64,000 bases of DNA from assembly GCA_964583625.1 (NCBI GenBank), contig CAZOVA010000001.1, positions 480 through 64,479 on the forward strand, given 5' to 3'. A program made the translations under genes and the position numbers. Of this stretch, positions 35,896 through 46,231 are shown piece after piece. Each line of letters starts with the position of its first letter. Positions within the stretch are counted from its first letter, which is position 1. Under the pieces are notes generated by a model that saw only the letters and a program-made list of their open reading frames with translations, ran no database searches and was not told where the DNA came from. This DNA comes from an uncultured Pseudomonadales bacterium. Lineage in GTDB: Bacteria > Patescibacteriota > Microgenomatia > UBA1400 > PJMF01.

Positions 35896-37680
35896 CTACA
35901 TTTTAGTTGGTATTTGTATACCAAGAATATATAAACCTCTAGTTAAGATAATTTCTACTACTTTTGTTAGGCCTAAGCGTAAGTCGTTTTCACTGATTTT
36001 TTCTTGATTATAGAAATTATTAAAAATCTGTGCCAATTCATAAAGATAGCTTGCTAGCCAATGAAGTGATAAACTTTTTGTCGACTGACAAATAACCTCT
36101 TCATAACTTAAAATTTTATTTAATAGAGCCATTTCAGTTGACGACCATTGATTTTGAAACAAAGAGGTTTTTATCTCCAATAAATTAGACTCCTTATTAT
36201 CCTCTTTCCAGGCAAAAAGCTTAACAAAGGGCTTATTTTCGTCTTTTTTAAGAATACTGCGAGCTCTCACCACTGTATATTGTAAATAAGGACCAGAATT
36301 CCCCCGCAAATTAAGCATCTCTTCCAAATTAAATTCGATATCATTAAGCGCTTCTCTAGAAAGATCTTGCCATTTCAAAGCTCCCATAGCAATGGTGTTA
36401 TTATCTTCTAAAGAAAGTTCTGGATTTAAGTTTTTGACTTTCTGTTCAACCAAACCAATGATTTCTTCCAACCAAACCACCTCCCCCTTACGGGTAGACA
36501 TTTTTTTGTCTTTGAAACGATATAATCCATGGGCTAAATGAATCCTTTGACCTGGCTTAAACCAGCCAAGCATTTCTTCTGTTTGATAAAGTTGTCTAAA
36601 ATATAGTTGCTGCTCTTTTCCTACTTCATTAATGATAATCAGATCAGGACCATACTTTTCCAGACGAAATTTATCAATTGCCAAATCCCTAGTGGCATAA
36701 ATACTCGCTCCATCTTTTTTGACAATTATTAATGGGGGCAACTTCTTCTCTGGAGGGAATTCAATTATTTTTGCTCCCTGGCTTTCCGTCAGAAGGTTTT
36801 TATTTACCAGTTCTTCGATTATTTGGTCGCTTAATCTAGCAGCAAAACTTTCGCCAAAGCCCTTACCCTCATTTTCACTAAATTGAACAAATAATTTGCT
36901 ATAAATTTTGTTAAATTCTTTTAATGATACATCAACAATATCTTTCCACATTGATAAATAATGATGATCATTTTTTTCTAATTTAGCAAAAATTCCTCTA
37001 GCTTCTTCTTCTAAATTGGGTTCCTTTTCTACCTCTCGATGAAATTTTATATATAATTCCACAAGCTTTTTTATCGGCTCTTCATTACTAATAATTTCCT
37101 CGAGGTTGCTCCATTTCTCGATAGCTAAAAGCTGTTTACCAAACTGCGTTCCCCAGTCACCTAAATGATTGTCTCTTTCTACTTTATAACCGCTTTCCTC
37201 AAGTAAATTAGCAATTCCGGCCCCAATTATTGTTGAGCGTAAGTGCCCGATAGTAAAGGGTTTAGCAATATTTGGAGAAGAAAATTCTACTATCACTCTC
37301 CTTTCTTGACCTAAATCAACTTTGGAGGCCTGATTAGAGGTCAAGATCTGCCAAAATCGTTCGATTTTAGGTGCAAGCTTAAGATGAAAATTAATAAATC
37401 CAGATCCGGCAACCTCAATTTTTTCAACTAAGTCCTTCAGTTCTCCATCTTTTTGTAGTTGAAAAACTATTTTCTCTGCTAAATCATGACTGTTGTCTGC
37501 CAAATTCAGAGTTTTTGCCTGCAAATACAGCTCTAAAGCAAGATTGGTAGCTAAATCACCAAATTCTGGCTTTGGAGGCTTTTCCAGGCTAAAGGCAAAG
37601 TCACTCTCTAGCTTTTGCCCAAGAAGTAAACTTGCTGTATCAAGTAAAGAACTCCTAATCTTTTCTTTTATAAACTTCAT
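35896..37680 (-). CDS. argS: Arginine--tRNA ligase
   Basis: HIGH-type motif SSPNIAKPFTIGHLRST; typical ArgRS length (594 aa) and C-terminal M. Confidence 0.9.
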   Translation of the reverse strand: MKFIKEKIRSSLLDTASLLLGQKLESDFAFSLEKPPKPEFGDLATNLALELYLQAKTLNLADNSHDLAEKIVFQLQKDGELKDLVEKIEVAGSGFINFHLKLAPKIERFWQILTSNQASKVDLGQERRVIVEFSSPNIAKPFTIGHLRSTIIGAGIANLLEESGYKVERDNHLGDWGTQFGKQLLAIEKWSNLEEIISNEEPIKKLVELYIKFHREVEKEPNLEEEARGIFAKLEKNDHHYLSMWKDIVDVSLKEFNKIYSKLFVQFSENEGKGFGESFAARLSDQIIEELVNKNLLTESQGAKIIEFPPEKKLPPLIIVKKDGASIYATRDLAIDKFRLEKYGPDLIIINEVGKEQQLYFRQLYQTEEMLGWFKPGQRIHLAHGLYRFKDKKMSTRKGEVVWLEEIIGLVEQKVKNLNPELSLEDNNTIAMGALKWQDLSREALNDIEFNLEEMLNLRGNSGPYLQYTVVRARSILKKDENKPFVKLFAWKEDNKESNLLEIKTSLFQNQWSSTEMALLNKILSYEEVICQSTKSLSLHWLASYLYELAQIFNNFYNQEKISENDLRLGLTKVVEIILTRGLYILGIQIPTKM

Positions 37681-37746
37681 CTTAAAACCTTCTTTTATCA
37701 GTATTATATCAGTTTTTGGGTCTTGAAAAGAAGAGCTTTTTATGTT

Positions 37747-38715
37747 TTAATGGTCAGCAAGGTTGTTCTTTTTAGTCTCTATCAGGAACTGGTTATCTTC
37801 AAGAACTAGAGTTATTTGCCCGTCTTGGTCAGTCCTTAAAATTTGACTATTAATCTCCTTTAATCTTTCTAATACTTCTATGCTTGGATGTCCAAATCGG
37901 TTTTTTTCACCAACACTAATCAAAGAAATTTCGGGTCTAACAATGGATAAAAAATGAGCTGAAGTTGATGTTTTTGACCCATGATGGGCTATTTTTAGCC
38001 AATTACTTTTCTTTAGCAATCCAGAGTTTATAATTGCTAATTCTACATCTTGGTTTATATCCCCAGTTAATATAATATTTTTGTGAACAATATTCATATT
38101 TATAACTATAGATCCATTATTATTTTCACTATCTATATGATCACTTTTTTTTAAAATATCCCATAATATGGATAATTCATACTTATAGGAGAAAATTTCT
38201 CCAGGCTTATTTTTTTGATCATGCCACAAAATTTCTAAGCAAATCGTTTCCGCTTCACACCATTTTTGCGCCAAAACAGGGTAAACAACTTCCAGTCCTT
38301 CTGTCTCTATTTTTTTCCAGACTAGCTCATAAAAGTCTAAAAATAAATTTGTCTTCTTAAAAACATCGTTTATTAATAGTTTTTTAACTCGGTAATTCTT
38401 AAAAACATCTATTAATCCAGACAGATGATCAGAGTCAGCATGAGTTAAGACCACTAGTTCTATTTCTTTGTCACTCTTTGGGATCATTTTACTCAAGCAG
38501 TGGACAATTGATGCGTCTGGACCTCCATCAATTAGAATTTGTGTCCTCTCTTGGGTAATTAAAATAGCATCTCCTTGACCAACATTGCATAAAGTAACTC
38601 TGGGGGAGTCATCTAATAAAAGCCTTTTTTTATCTGAAAGTGTGACGCAAAAAGCATAAAGCCAGAACAAGATTAATATCCAGACAAGAACTTTAGACTG
38701 AGAAAGTTTCCACAT
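37747..38715 (-). CDS. comEC: ComEC/Rec2 C-terminal metallo-beta-lactamase domain protein
   Basis: MBL motif VLTHADSDH and downstream HHGS; overlaps the upstream ComEC membrane ORF by 23 nt. Confidence 0.7.
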   Translation of the reverse strand: MWKLSQSKVLVWILILFWLYAFCVTLSDKKRLLLDDSPRVTLCNVGQGDAILITQERTQILIDGGPDASIVHCLSKMIPKSDKEIELVVLTHADSDHLSGLIDVFKNYRVKKLLINDVFKKTNLFLDFYELVWKKIETEGLEVVYPVLAQKWCEAETICLEILWHDQKNKPGEIFSYKYELSILWDILKKSDHIDSENNNGSIVINMNIVHKNIILTGDINQDVELAIINSGLLKKSNWLKIAHHGSKTSTSAHFLSIVRPEISLISVGEKNRFGHPSIEVLERLKEINSQILRTDQDGQITLVLEDNQFLIETKKNNLADH

Positions 38716-40078
38716 AAGTAAAACGATTAATAGTCCTTTTCCTATATAAATAAAGCCCTAAGAACAAGAAAAAATAATAAAAGAAGATTATATTTTTCGG
38801 TATTTCCCAATCAAAAGGCAAAAGTCCTCCAAAAAAACCAGAATAAAAATAGAATATTTTATAAAATAAAGACGAAAGTTTCTCAAGATAAAAGGCTAAA
38901 GGGAAAATAATAAGTTTGTCAACAATTTCTTCTAAAAAATTAGGAGTAAAAAGAAAAACAACTAAAAAATTCGTGCTTAAGACAACAATTAGCGTAATTA
39001 AAAAGGAAAATACTAGATTAGAAATTATGCCAGACCAAGCAATTTCATGAAAAAAGGCTATTACAATCGGTAAAGTAAATAATTGCGCGGCTGAAGAAAC
39101 CAGAATGGCCTCTTTAAGACCTTTAATCATTAATTTAAACCAAGACCTTCTCCTATTATATAAATCTAAGCTAATAATTTCATTTTTTATTTCTTCAATT
39201 TTATGAAAATTATTGCTAACAAGAATGACTCCAAGAGTAGCAAAAAAACTTAAAAGAAAGCCCACATTTGTTATATTTAAGATCATTTTATTAAACATTA
39301 TTACAAAAGCTAAAAATAAACCCAAAAAACTATTTGTCTGTTTATAAAAAAAATACCTACCAATAAAGGAAAAAGTCCACATTATCCCAGCTCTCAAAAC
39401 AGATAATGGACTGCCAACCAATAAAATATAAAATATTAAACCAGACAGAGAAAGACAAAGAAACACTTTTCTATTATTAATAGGCTTGCAAATCGCTCCC
39501 CAAACTGACATAATTAAACTCAAATGGAATCCAGATACAGCAACCATATGAGATAGCCCTATTTCAGATATTTGTTGCTTAAGCTCTTGATCAAAGTCAA
39601 AAGCCCTATTTCCTAGAGTAAGAGAAGTAATGAGTTGAAAACTGTCATTTTGAAAGTGACTTCTAAGAAAAAAAAGGAGTTTTTGTTGAATGTCATCAAC
39701 TCTTTTTTGCAAAATAATAAATTTTTTGTTCATTAAATCAAAAAACGAAAGTTTATTTTTATCTTTTATAAAAAATTCTTCTACATCAATATTATTTTGA
39801 TAATTAATTTTATTATCAATCAAACTATTTACAGTGCCAATTATCGTATAATGTTCTCCAATTTTCATGTTTTTACAATCCTCTATTTTGAAACTAAAGC
39901 CTGGTTTGATCTGAAAATAACAATTTTGAGGAAGAGAAAGCAAAAAAAATTCGAGCTCAATTTTTTGTCGATGATGATAAATTAATTTTCGTCTTATTAT
40001 TATATAGTTACTTAAAGATAAGGTAATTAAAATAAAAATAAATATCAAACTATATTTTTTAGTTCTATTTTTTTTCAT
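38693..40078 (-). CDS. comEC: ComEC/Rec2 N-terminal polytopic membrane (competence channel) domain protein
   Basis: Competence-domain signature GLSHMVAVSGFHLSL; many TM segments. Confidence 0.7.
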   Translation of the reverse strand: MKKNRTKKYSLIFIFILITLSLSNYIIIRRKLIYHHRQKIELEFFLLSLPQNCYFQIKPGFSFKIEDCKNMKIGEHYTIIGTVNSLIDNKINYQNNIDVEEFFIKDKNKLSFFDLMNKKFIILQKRVDDIQQKLLFFLRSHFQNDSFQLITSLTLGNRAFDFDQELKQQISEIGLSHMVAVSGFHLSLIMSVWGAICKPINNRKVFLCLSLSGLIFYILLVGSPLSVLRAGIMWTFSFIGRYFFYKQTNSFLGLFLAFVIMFNKMILNITNVGFLLSFFATLGVILVSNNFHKIEEIKNEIISLDLYNRRRSWFKLMIKGLKEAILVSSAAQLFTLPIVIAFFHEIAWSGIISNLVFSFLITLIVVLSTNFLVVFLFTPNFLEEIVDKLIIFPLAFYLEKLSSLFYKIFYFYSGFFGGLLPFDWEIPKNIIFFYYFFLFLGLYLYRKRTINRFTYVETFSV

Positions 40079-40116
40079 AATATTTTTTATTTTTATAAAA
40101 CGAAACTTTCTCTAAT

Positions 40117-40758
40117 CTATAGAGAGAGCACTCCCTTATTATCAATAAAAATGCTTTCAGTAATAATTTTTTTACTGATTAGCTCTTCTACCTCATGATA
40201 GGGTCTACCATCAATTATTTTCTGGGCTCTTACTTCTCCTATTCCTGTAAGTGTCATCAATTCACTTAGTGGGGCGTTATTAATCGACACTAAATCATCT
40301 ATTTCAGCCTTTTTATTCTCAACTCCAATTACTTCATCTTTAAAAGATAAAACTTCGTTTTTATAGGGAATATAGTATTTTTTGCCATCACTAAGCTTTT
40401 CAGCTAAATTTAAATTCTTTTGCAGCCACCAATTATCAACTTCCGAAGTTTTAAATCCTCCTGCGAGAACAATTAAATCTGCTAGTCTGGAGGTGCTCTC
40501 CAATTGATAGGCTCCTGGATAATTAATCCCTCCGCCTATATCGACTACGATCAAGGAACTTAAAAAATTTGATTTTATAGTCTTGATGTTGTCTTTTGGT
40601 TCTTTTTCTAAAGTAAAAATTTCTTGAGAAAAGATGGGTGTCTGATTAATGAAAAAGGTAAGGCTAAACATAACTAATCCTAAGAGGATAAGGGTTGTGG
40701 CTGCGCTAATTAGAATTTTTTTTCTATTTTCCTTGTATTTATTTAGAAAATTTCGCAT
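40117..40758 (-). CDS. comEA: ComEA-like DNA receptor (SLBB plus helix-hairpin-helix)
   Basis: C-terminal HhH INNAPLSELMTLTGIGEVRAQKIIDGRP; N-terminal TM anchor. Confidence 0.8.
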   Translation of the reverse strand: MRNFLNKYKENRKKILISAATTLILLGLVMFSLTFFINQTPIFSQEIFTLEKEPKDNIKTIKSNFLSSLIVVDIGGGINYPGAYQLESTSRLADLIVLAGGFKTSEVDNWWLQKNLNLAEKLSDGKKYYIPYKNEVLSFKDEVIGVENKKAEIDDLVSINNAPLSELMTLTGIGEVRAQKIIDGRPYHEVEELISKKIITESIFIDNKGVLSL

Positions 40759-40877
40759 ATCTTTTGCCTTTCTTAAGATAAGATAGAGTAAAAAAATAAC
40801 AAAAATGTGATAATTCTTTTAAAAGCTAAGTTTTCACCTTTTTTTGGGTATAAATATTTGTCATTATCTTTTTATTT

Positions 40878-40935
40878 TTATTAACGCATAATTAATGCAA
40901 TATTAACGCATAATCTAGAAAGATTATTAATGCAA
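40878..40935. repeat. Short direct repeats TTAACGCATAAT (x2) and ATTAATGCAA (x2) inside a 1.2-kb AT-rich non-coding region; a related aacgcattaaatgcat lies at about 41722
   Basis: tttattaacgcataattaatgcaatattaacgcataatctagaaagattattaatgcaaa. Confidence 0.5.
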
Positions 40936-41942
40936 AAATACAAATTTTATTATTAATAGATCAAAATTAACTTAATTGGTTGATTAGAAAAAGTAAAAAA
41001 AATAAACCAAATAAAAGCCTGAATGAGGGTTTTATTTATTTAAAAAATGTAAAAAGCATAAATACCAGACGAAAACAAGGTTGGACGGACGTTCTGATCG
41101 CTAAACTACGATTTTTTACCTTAAAGAAAAAAGCGAATAGAATATTAATAAAATACGAAAATAAATTAAGGTTTCTAACAAAAATTTTTATAATAAAAAA
41201 AGATATTTTTTCATTGATTTTTAGCACTAATTATCAAAAATTTTTATATAGCACAGATGTTATTTGTTTGCTAATAAGGGAGGAAGAAAAAATAATAGAA
41301 AAACATTTTATTTTAAACAATTTTCGCTTTTAATAAAAATAAGCTCAGTTATTCTAAGGGAGAACCTTAAAGGATTTTAGCATAAAAAGTTTTTGTTCTA
41401 TTGCTTTCTTCCCTTTACTCAGGTTAAGCCTAAGATTTTGACCTTTTTTATTAAAAGAACTGCTTATTTAGACTTAAAGACCTGCTTTCACCTCTCATAG
41501 ATCCTATTTAGAGAGTTCTTATTAATCTGTATTTAGACAAAATTTTAATTTAACCGTATATTTGTTTTTGATTAAAAAAATAATTTTTTATTGGAAGTCA
41601 TTGTTCATTATCAATTTTTTTAATTAATAATTTAAATTTTCAATTAAATTATTAAATTATTTTTTGCGATAATATTTTAAAACTAGGCTATAAATAATCT
41701 CAAAAATTGCTTTAATAAAATTAACGCATTAAATGCATGTAAAAACTTATTAAATAAAATTAATAAATAAGCTAAATTAATAAAATTTTGTGACGAAAAT
41801 ATTTTAAGCGGTAAAAAATAGTACGACTTGTAATAAAAAGATTAATTTGCTAGAATGAATTGTTTGAAAATTTAATAGGGTTTTACTAAACTTTATGAAT
41901 AATTGATTATTAAAGATTATTAAATAACAATTTTTTATCAAA

Positions 41943-43826
41943 ATGAAACAAAAAACACTAATTAATTCTTTCCTCTCCTTATCTAGTTTGGCCGCTTTTC
42001 TATTGATAGTGGCGACCTTAATTATTACTTTTTTCTCTCCTCCCTTTTTTACTCAAGAACCGGCGAACTTAGCTTTTTTATTCTCATTTCTTGGTGGCGC
42101 TTTAATGGCAATTTTATTGTTTGTCACCACTATAAGAAGAAAAAAAATCTTGCTTAATATCACCCCGCTCTCTCCTACCCTAATTTACCTCACTTTGACC
42201 GTTTTATTGGCTGTTTTTATCAAACATTCTCACTCTCCCACTCTCTCCTTTCTTGGTTTGGCTGGTCTATTGATTAATTTTTCCCTACTTAGTCTTTTGT
42301 CTAGCGCTCTAATTAAAAAAAATAATGCCTTAATCGTAGTAAAAATAATTTTAGCTTTTGCTCTTCTTTCTACTTTAATACTACTGGCACAAAGCTTAGG
42401 TATTACATCTAATTTGAAGATAGGACAATTCTTCAATCAAGACCCATTAATGTTAATTGGGGTTATAGTTTTAGGCTTAGCAACAGTTTTTTTCCGTTAT
42501 TTTAAAAAAAATAGACTCTCTTCTAGAGCCCTGATTCTAGTTCCCATTTTCATTTTAGGTTTGGCTGCTGGCATCTTCAATTTTTATCAACAAAAAAACT
42601 TCCAGAGTTTAGATTTGTCAACTAGCATAGAGGTTTTAAACAAAAGTCTTACTTTCTCAGACAGTTCAACCTTGCCCTTTTCTCAGATACTTTTTGGCCA
42701 AAAACATCGAACTTACACTGATTTGTTCTTCAATCTTTCTCCAAAAAGCTTTAGTTCCAACTTTTCAGGAGCAATCCAGTCTTTTAACCTAGCTCTTACT
42801 GTTCTACCTCTTTTAGGCTTGGTAGTTTTTGTTTCTTGGCTAGCTTTAGTTTTAAAGACTGTATTTTTAGCTCTCGACAAAAAAAATAAAGAGAGAAACT
42901 ATTTGTTTTTTATTTTATTGGCTAGTTTTGCTATCCAACTTTTTACTCCTATCTATCCTTTCTTCTTAATTTTGCAGGCCTTTATTATTGCTTTCACTAC
43001 GGACAAGAATAAAGAAACAGTCATAAACCTTAATGTTGCTACCACTTTTACCAAAAAAGACGGGCAAAAAGAAATCTCTAAAAAGGAAAAAGGCTCTTTT
43101 GTTTTAGCTCTGTTTTTTTTAATTATTCTTTTACCTTTTGGCTTTTCTCTCGTCAGGATAGGAAAAAGTTACTTAGGTTATTTTTACGCTCAAAAAGCTC
43201 TCACCTATGATTATGATTTGCAGAGCTTTGATCGATATGCCCAAAAGGCACAAAGGATGGCTCCCTTTATCGATTATTTCAATCGATTGATGGCAATCTC
43301 TAGTTTGGAAAAACTGGTAACAACTATTCAACAAGACCCTCAAAAAACAAATTTGGAAGTAGAACGAGATCTGGCACAACAGGCAATTGAGTTTAGTCAA
43401 AAAGCAGCTGACATTTCTCCTCTTCATGCTCCCAATCTGATTACCAAAGGGGCTATTTACCAGGAAATTAGTCAATATAACTCCAATAAAGAACAGACTA
43501 ATAACCAGGCGGTGAGTTCTTATGCCTCTGCTATTCTCACGCAACCATATAATCCAAATCTCTATTTACAACTAGCCTCTCTTTATCAACTTAATGAGGA
43601 GTTAGATTTGGCTCTCAGTTTATGTCAAGAAGCTTTGAAAGTGCAAAATGACTATCTGCCAGCTGTTTACCAACTAGCCCAGCTTTATCAACTAAAAGGT
43701 GAAAAGCTGCTAGCCGAAAAAACTTATATTCAAGTTCAGCAGTTGTTAGATCAAAAAAGTCCAGATTATCAAACAAATTTTCAACTAATTCAATATCACC
43801 TTGATCAATTGAGGGCTGATGACTAA
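41943..43826 (+). CDS. Polytopic membrane protein with C-terminal TPR repeats (O-antigen-ligase-like / Wzy_C-type arrangement, low confidence)
   Basis: About 10 TM segments in the first 400 aa; C-terminal repeats such as AVYQLAQLYQLKGEKLLAEKTYIQ. Confidence 0.45.
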   Translation: MKQKTLINSFLSLSSLAAFLLIVATLIITFFSPPFFTQEPANLAFLFSFLGGALMAILLFVTTIRRKKILLNITPLSPTLIYLTLTVLLAVFIKHSHSPTLSFLGLAGLLINFSLLSLLSSALIKKNNALIVVKIILAFALLSTLILLAQSLGITSNLKIGQFFNQDPLMLIGVIVLGLATVFFRYFKKNRLSSRALILVPIFILGLAAGIFNFYQQKNFQSLDLSTSIEVLNKSLTFSDSSTLPFSQILFGQKHRTYTDLFFNLSPKSFSSNFSGAIQSFNLALTVLPLLGLVVFVSWLALVLKTVFLALDKKNKERNYLFFILLASFAIQLFTPIYPFFLILQAFIIAFTTDKNKETVINLNVATTFTKKDGQKEISKKEKGSFVLALFFLIILLPFGFSLVRIGKSYLGYFYAQKALTYDYDLQSFDRYAQKAQRMAPFIDYFNRLMAISSLEKLVTTIQQDPQKTNLEVERDLAQQAIEFSQKAADISPLHAPNLITKGAIYQEISQYNSNKEQTNNQAVSSYASAILTQPYNPNLYLQLASLYQLNEELDLALSLCQEALKVQNDYLPAVYQLAQLYQLKGEKLLAEKTYIQVQQLLDQKSPDYQTNFQLIQYHLDQLRADD

Positions 43827-45082
43827 TTTAGGTGTGATTGTTTACTGTTTTGAGCAAGAACTTTTTTAAGTTCCTCTAGTCCTTCTCCAGTTATTGCACT
43901 GACTAAAAGGACTTCTTCTTTTTTTTCTAAAAAACTGCTTTTAATTTCTTCTTTTAATTCTTGACTATAAAGATCTGACTTGTTGATAATAATTAGACTT
44001 TTTTTATCTAATAAAGATTTTTTATAAGAACTTAGCTCTTTTTTTATTTCCTCAAGTTGTTTGTACAAATCTTTGGCTTTTATTTGGTTATTTTTACTAT
44101 AATCAAAAATCTCCGATTCATTTAAACTCAAAACAAAAACTAAAAACTGAGTGTTTTGGATATGACGCAAAAAACTAAATCCCAGCCCTTTTCCTTGGTG
44201 AGCTCCATCAATTAATCCTGGAATGTCTGCCAAGACCAAATTTAGGCCTTTTTTCAAAGGTAAAACCCCCAAATTCGGCTCCAAGGTTGTAAAAGGATAA
44301 TTAGCTACTCTTGGTTCAGCTCTGGTCAATTTTTTCAATAAGGAGCTTTTCCCTACATTAGGAAAACCAACCAAACCAATATCAGCTAGCAGCCGTGATT
44401 CTAAAAAAACCAACTTTTGCTCACCAAAACTGCCATACTCAGCCTCTAGAGGGGTTGTGTTGATAGAGCTTTTGAAGGAGGTGTTTCCTCGACCTCCAAA
44501 ACCTCCCTGAACTAGAATCAGTTTATCTGTTTTTTTATTAAGATTTGCTATTTTTACTATCTTACCTTTGCTCGCTGGGAAAAACTCACTCTCCTTGTCC
44601 TCAATCTCTTGATGTAAATAAGAAAGGAAGTCTGCCGAAGTGTCACCGCCGATCAAATTGTCCTGCTCTCTTGGTGGAGCTGAGCCTTGTTCTTTTTCTA
44701 AAAAATATTTTTTCCAGACCAACTCATCTCTTTTAAGTTTTTTTTGCAAACCATATTTTTCTCTTCTAAACCAAGAAGCACCGTTTTCTTCGATCAGCCA
44801 AATAAGGGTTCCTCTGGGAACTTTTAAGTTTATATCAGCACCATTAGTACCAGTTTTATCAAACTTTCCCCCAAAACCACCATCTTGAGCTAAAAAAATT
44901 TTTTTTCCAGAAAAATGTTGTAGGGTGTTTAAGTTTTCATCAACTTCAATAGTGATATTCCCTCCATCTCCGCCTCTTCCTCCATTTGGCCCCCCTTTTA
45001 AAATTTTTCCGCTTCGAAAAAAAGAAACTCTTCCGTCCCCGCCGTCACCAGCTTTTAAAAAAAGCTTTACTAGATCTATCAT
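43823..45082 (-). CDS. obg: GTPase Obg, with a ~70-aa insertion in the N-terminal Obg-fold domain
   Basis: Gly-rich Obg fold (GGDGG repeats); G1 motif GFPNVGKSSLL; DIPGLIDGA. Confidence 0.9.
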   Translation of the reverse strand: MIDLVKLFLKAGDGGDGRVSFFRSGKILKGGPNGGRGGDGGNITIEVDENLNTLQHFSGKKIFLAQDGGFGGKFDKTGTNGADINLKVPRGTLIWLIEENGASWFRREKYGLQKKLKRDELVWKKYFLEKEQGSAPPREQDNLIGGDTSADFLSYLHQEIEDKESEFFPASKGKIVKIANLNKKTDKLILVQGGFGGRGNTSFKSSINTTPLEAEYGSFGEQKLVFLESRLLADIGLVGFPNVGKSSLLKKLTRAEPRVANYPFTTLEPNLGVLPLKKGLNLVLADIPGLIDGAHQGKGLGFSFLRHIQNTQFLVFVLSLNESEIFDYSKNNQIKAKDLYKQLEEIKKELSSYKKSLLDKKSLIIINKSDLYSQELKEEIKSSFLEKKEEVLLVSAITGEGLEELKKVLAQNSKQSHLN

Positions 45083-45086
45083 ATTT

Positions 45087-46208
45087 TTATTTTAAATTAT
45101 CTAAAGGATTTAATAAAACATTGTCCTGACGAATCTCAAAGTGTAAATGACGACCAGTGGAGCGACCGGTGCTTCCCATTTGACCAATAACATCCCCTTT
45201 ATTCACTGTTTGACCCTCAACTACCTGTAAAACGCTCATGTGAGCGTAAAGAGTTTTAGCTCCATTACCATGATCGACAATAATACGATTACCGTAACCA
45301 TGGGTGTCCCAACCAGAGTTGGTGACAGTGCCGCTTTCGGCAGCTAAAATAGCCCCGCTTCCGGCGATATCAATAGCTTTATGATAAAAGCTATAACCTT
45401 GAGAAATAACACCAGCTGCTGGCCAAACAAAACTGCCAGTAGCGCTCACCGCGCCAGCACTTGGTGTCAAACGACCCGCAAAAGTAGCTGTTGGCGTGGT
45501 AGCTTTTAGCTTTACCCCTCCTGGCACCATTAAATACTGCCCTGTAGCTAATTCAAAAGTTTCATTATTAACAAAATCATTAAAAGGAAAATCGACGATT
45601 GCCTGAACGGCTGCATCCTTGATGCCGTATTTTTTACCAATACTGACAACTGTTTCTCCTTTGGCCACCTTGTGACGGATGCCGTCAATAGGAAGAATTC
45701 TTAATTCTTGGTCAACTTTTAGTTTGGAGTTCTCGGTTAAATTGTTTTCCCAAAGGATGGTCTCCTTTTTCAGACCATAGCGGTCAGCAATACTAGACAA
45801 AGTTTCACCTTCGGTCACCTTGTGAATTGTGACTTCTCCCCCTCTTAATTGGCGAACCTCTTCGGCCTGCATGGTATAAAAGCTGACTTCTTCGGCACTA
45901 GCCACTCCTAATACATTTTTATTTACTCCCCCATCATTACTGACACTGGGGTTGAAAATTAAAGGAGCTACAAAAAAGACAGCAAAAATCGTAGCAATAG
46001 CCCCAAGATGAAGAATCGGACGAGAATATTTTCCTCTCTGACGATAAAGACTGTTAACCATTACGTCTTTGGCTGATTCAAAATAAGAAAAGGGCAAATA
46101 AATTCGACTCTTGAGGTAACGATAAAGAAAATTTATATAGGAATTAAAGTCCGACAATAAAGCGGGTCTTTTAAATAGTTGATTTTTCTTTTTTATCTGC
46201 AACTTCAT
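45087..46208 (-). CDS. LysM-domain M23-family peptidoglycan endopeptidase
   Basis: Two LysM-like segments (HKVTEGETLSSIADRYG; HKVAKGETVVSIGKKYG) and M23 motifs HGYGNRIIVDH / HLHFEI. Confidence 0.8.
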   Translation of the reverse strand: MKLQIKKKNQLFKRPALLSDFNSYINFLYRYLKSRIYLPFSYFESAKDVMVNSLYRQRGKYSRPILHLGAIATIFAVFFVAPLIFNPSVSNDGGVNKNVLGVASAEEVSFYTMQAEEVRQLRGGEVTIHKVTEGETLSSIADRYGLKKETILWENNLTENSKLKVDQELRILPIDGIRHKVAKGETVVSIGKKYGIKDAAVQAIVDFPFNDFVNNETFELATGQYLMVPGGVKLKATTPTATFAGRLTPSAGAVSATGSFVWPAAGVISQGYSFYHKAIDIAGSGAILAAESGTVTNSGWDTHGYGNRIIVDHGNGAKTLYAHMSVLQVVEGQTVNKGDVIGQMGSTGRSTGRHLHFEIRQDNVLLNPLDNLK

Positions 46209-46231
46209 TACTCTTCATTATAACTTATAAA

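Noticed and set aside
40878-40935. Short direct repeats considered as a possible CRISPR array
   Set aside because: Only two 12-nt copies with a 12-nt spacer and no further regular repeat-spacer units or cas genes; not CRISPR.
40980-41333. 117-aa Lys/Ile-rich ORF in the 1.2-kb AT-rich spacer
   Set aside because: Its composition simply mirrors AT-rich DNA, it has no RBS and no recognisable fold; it is more likely non-coding.
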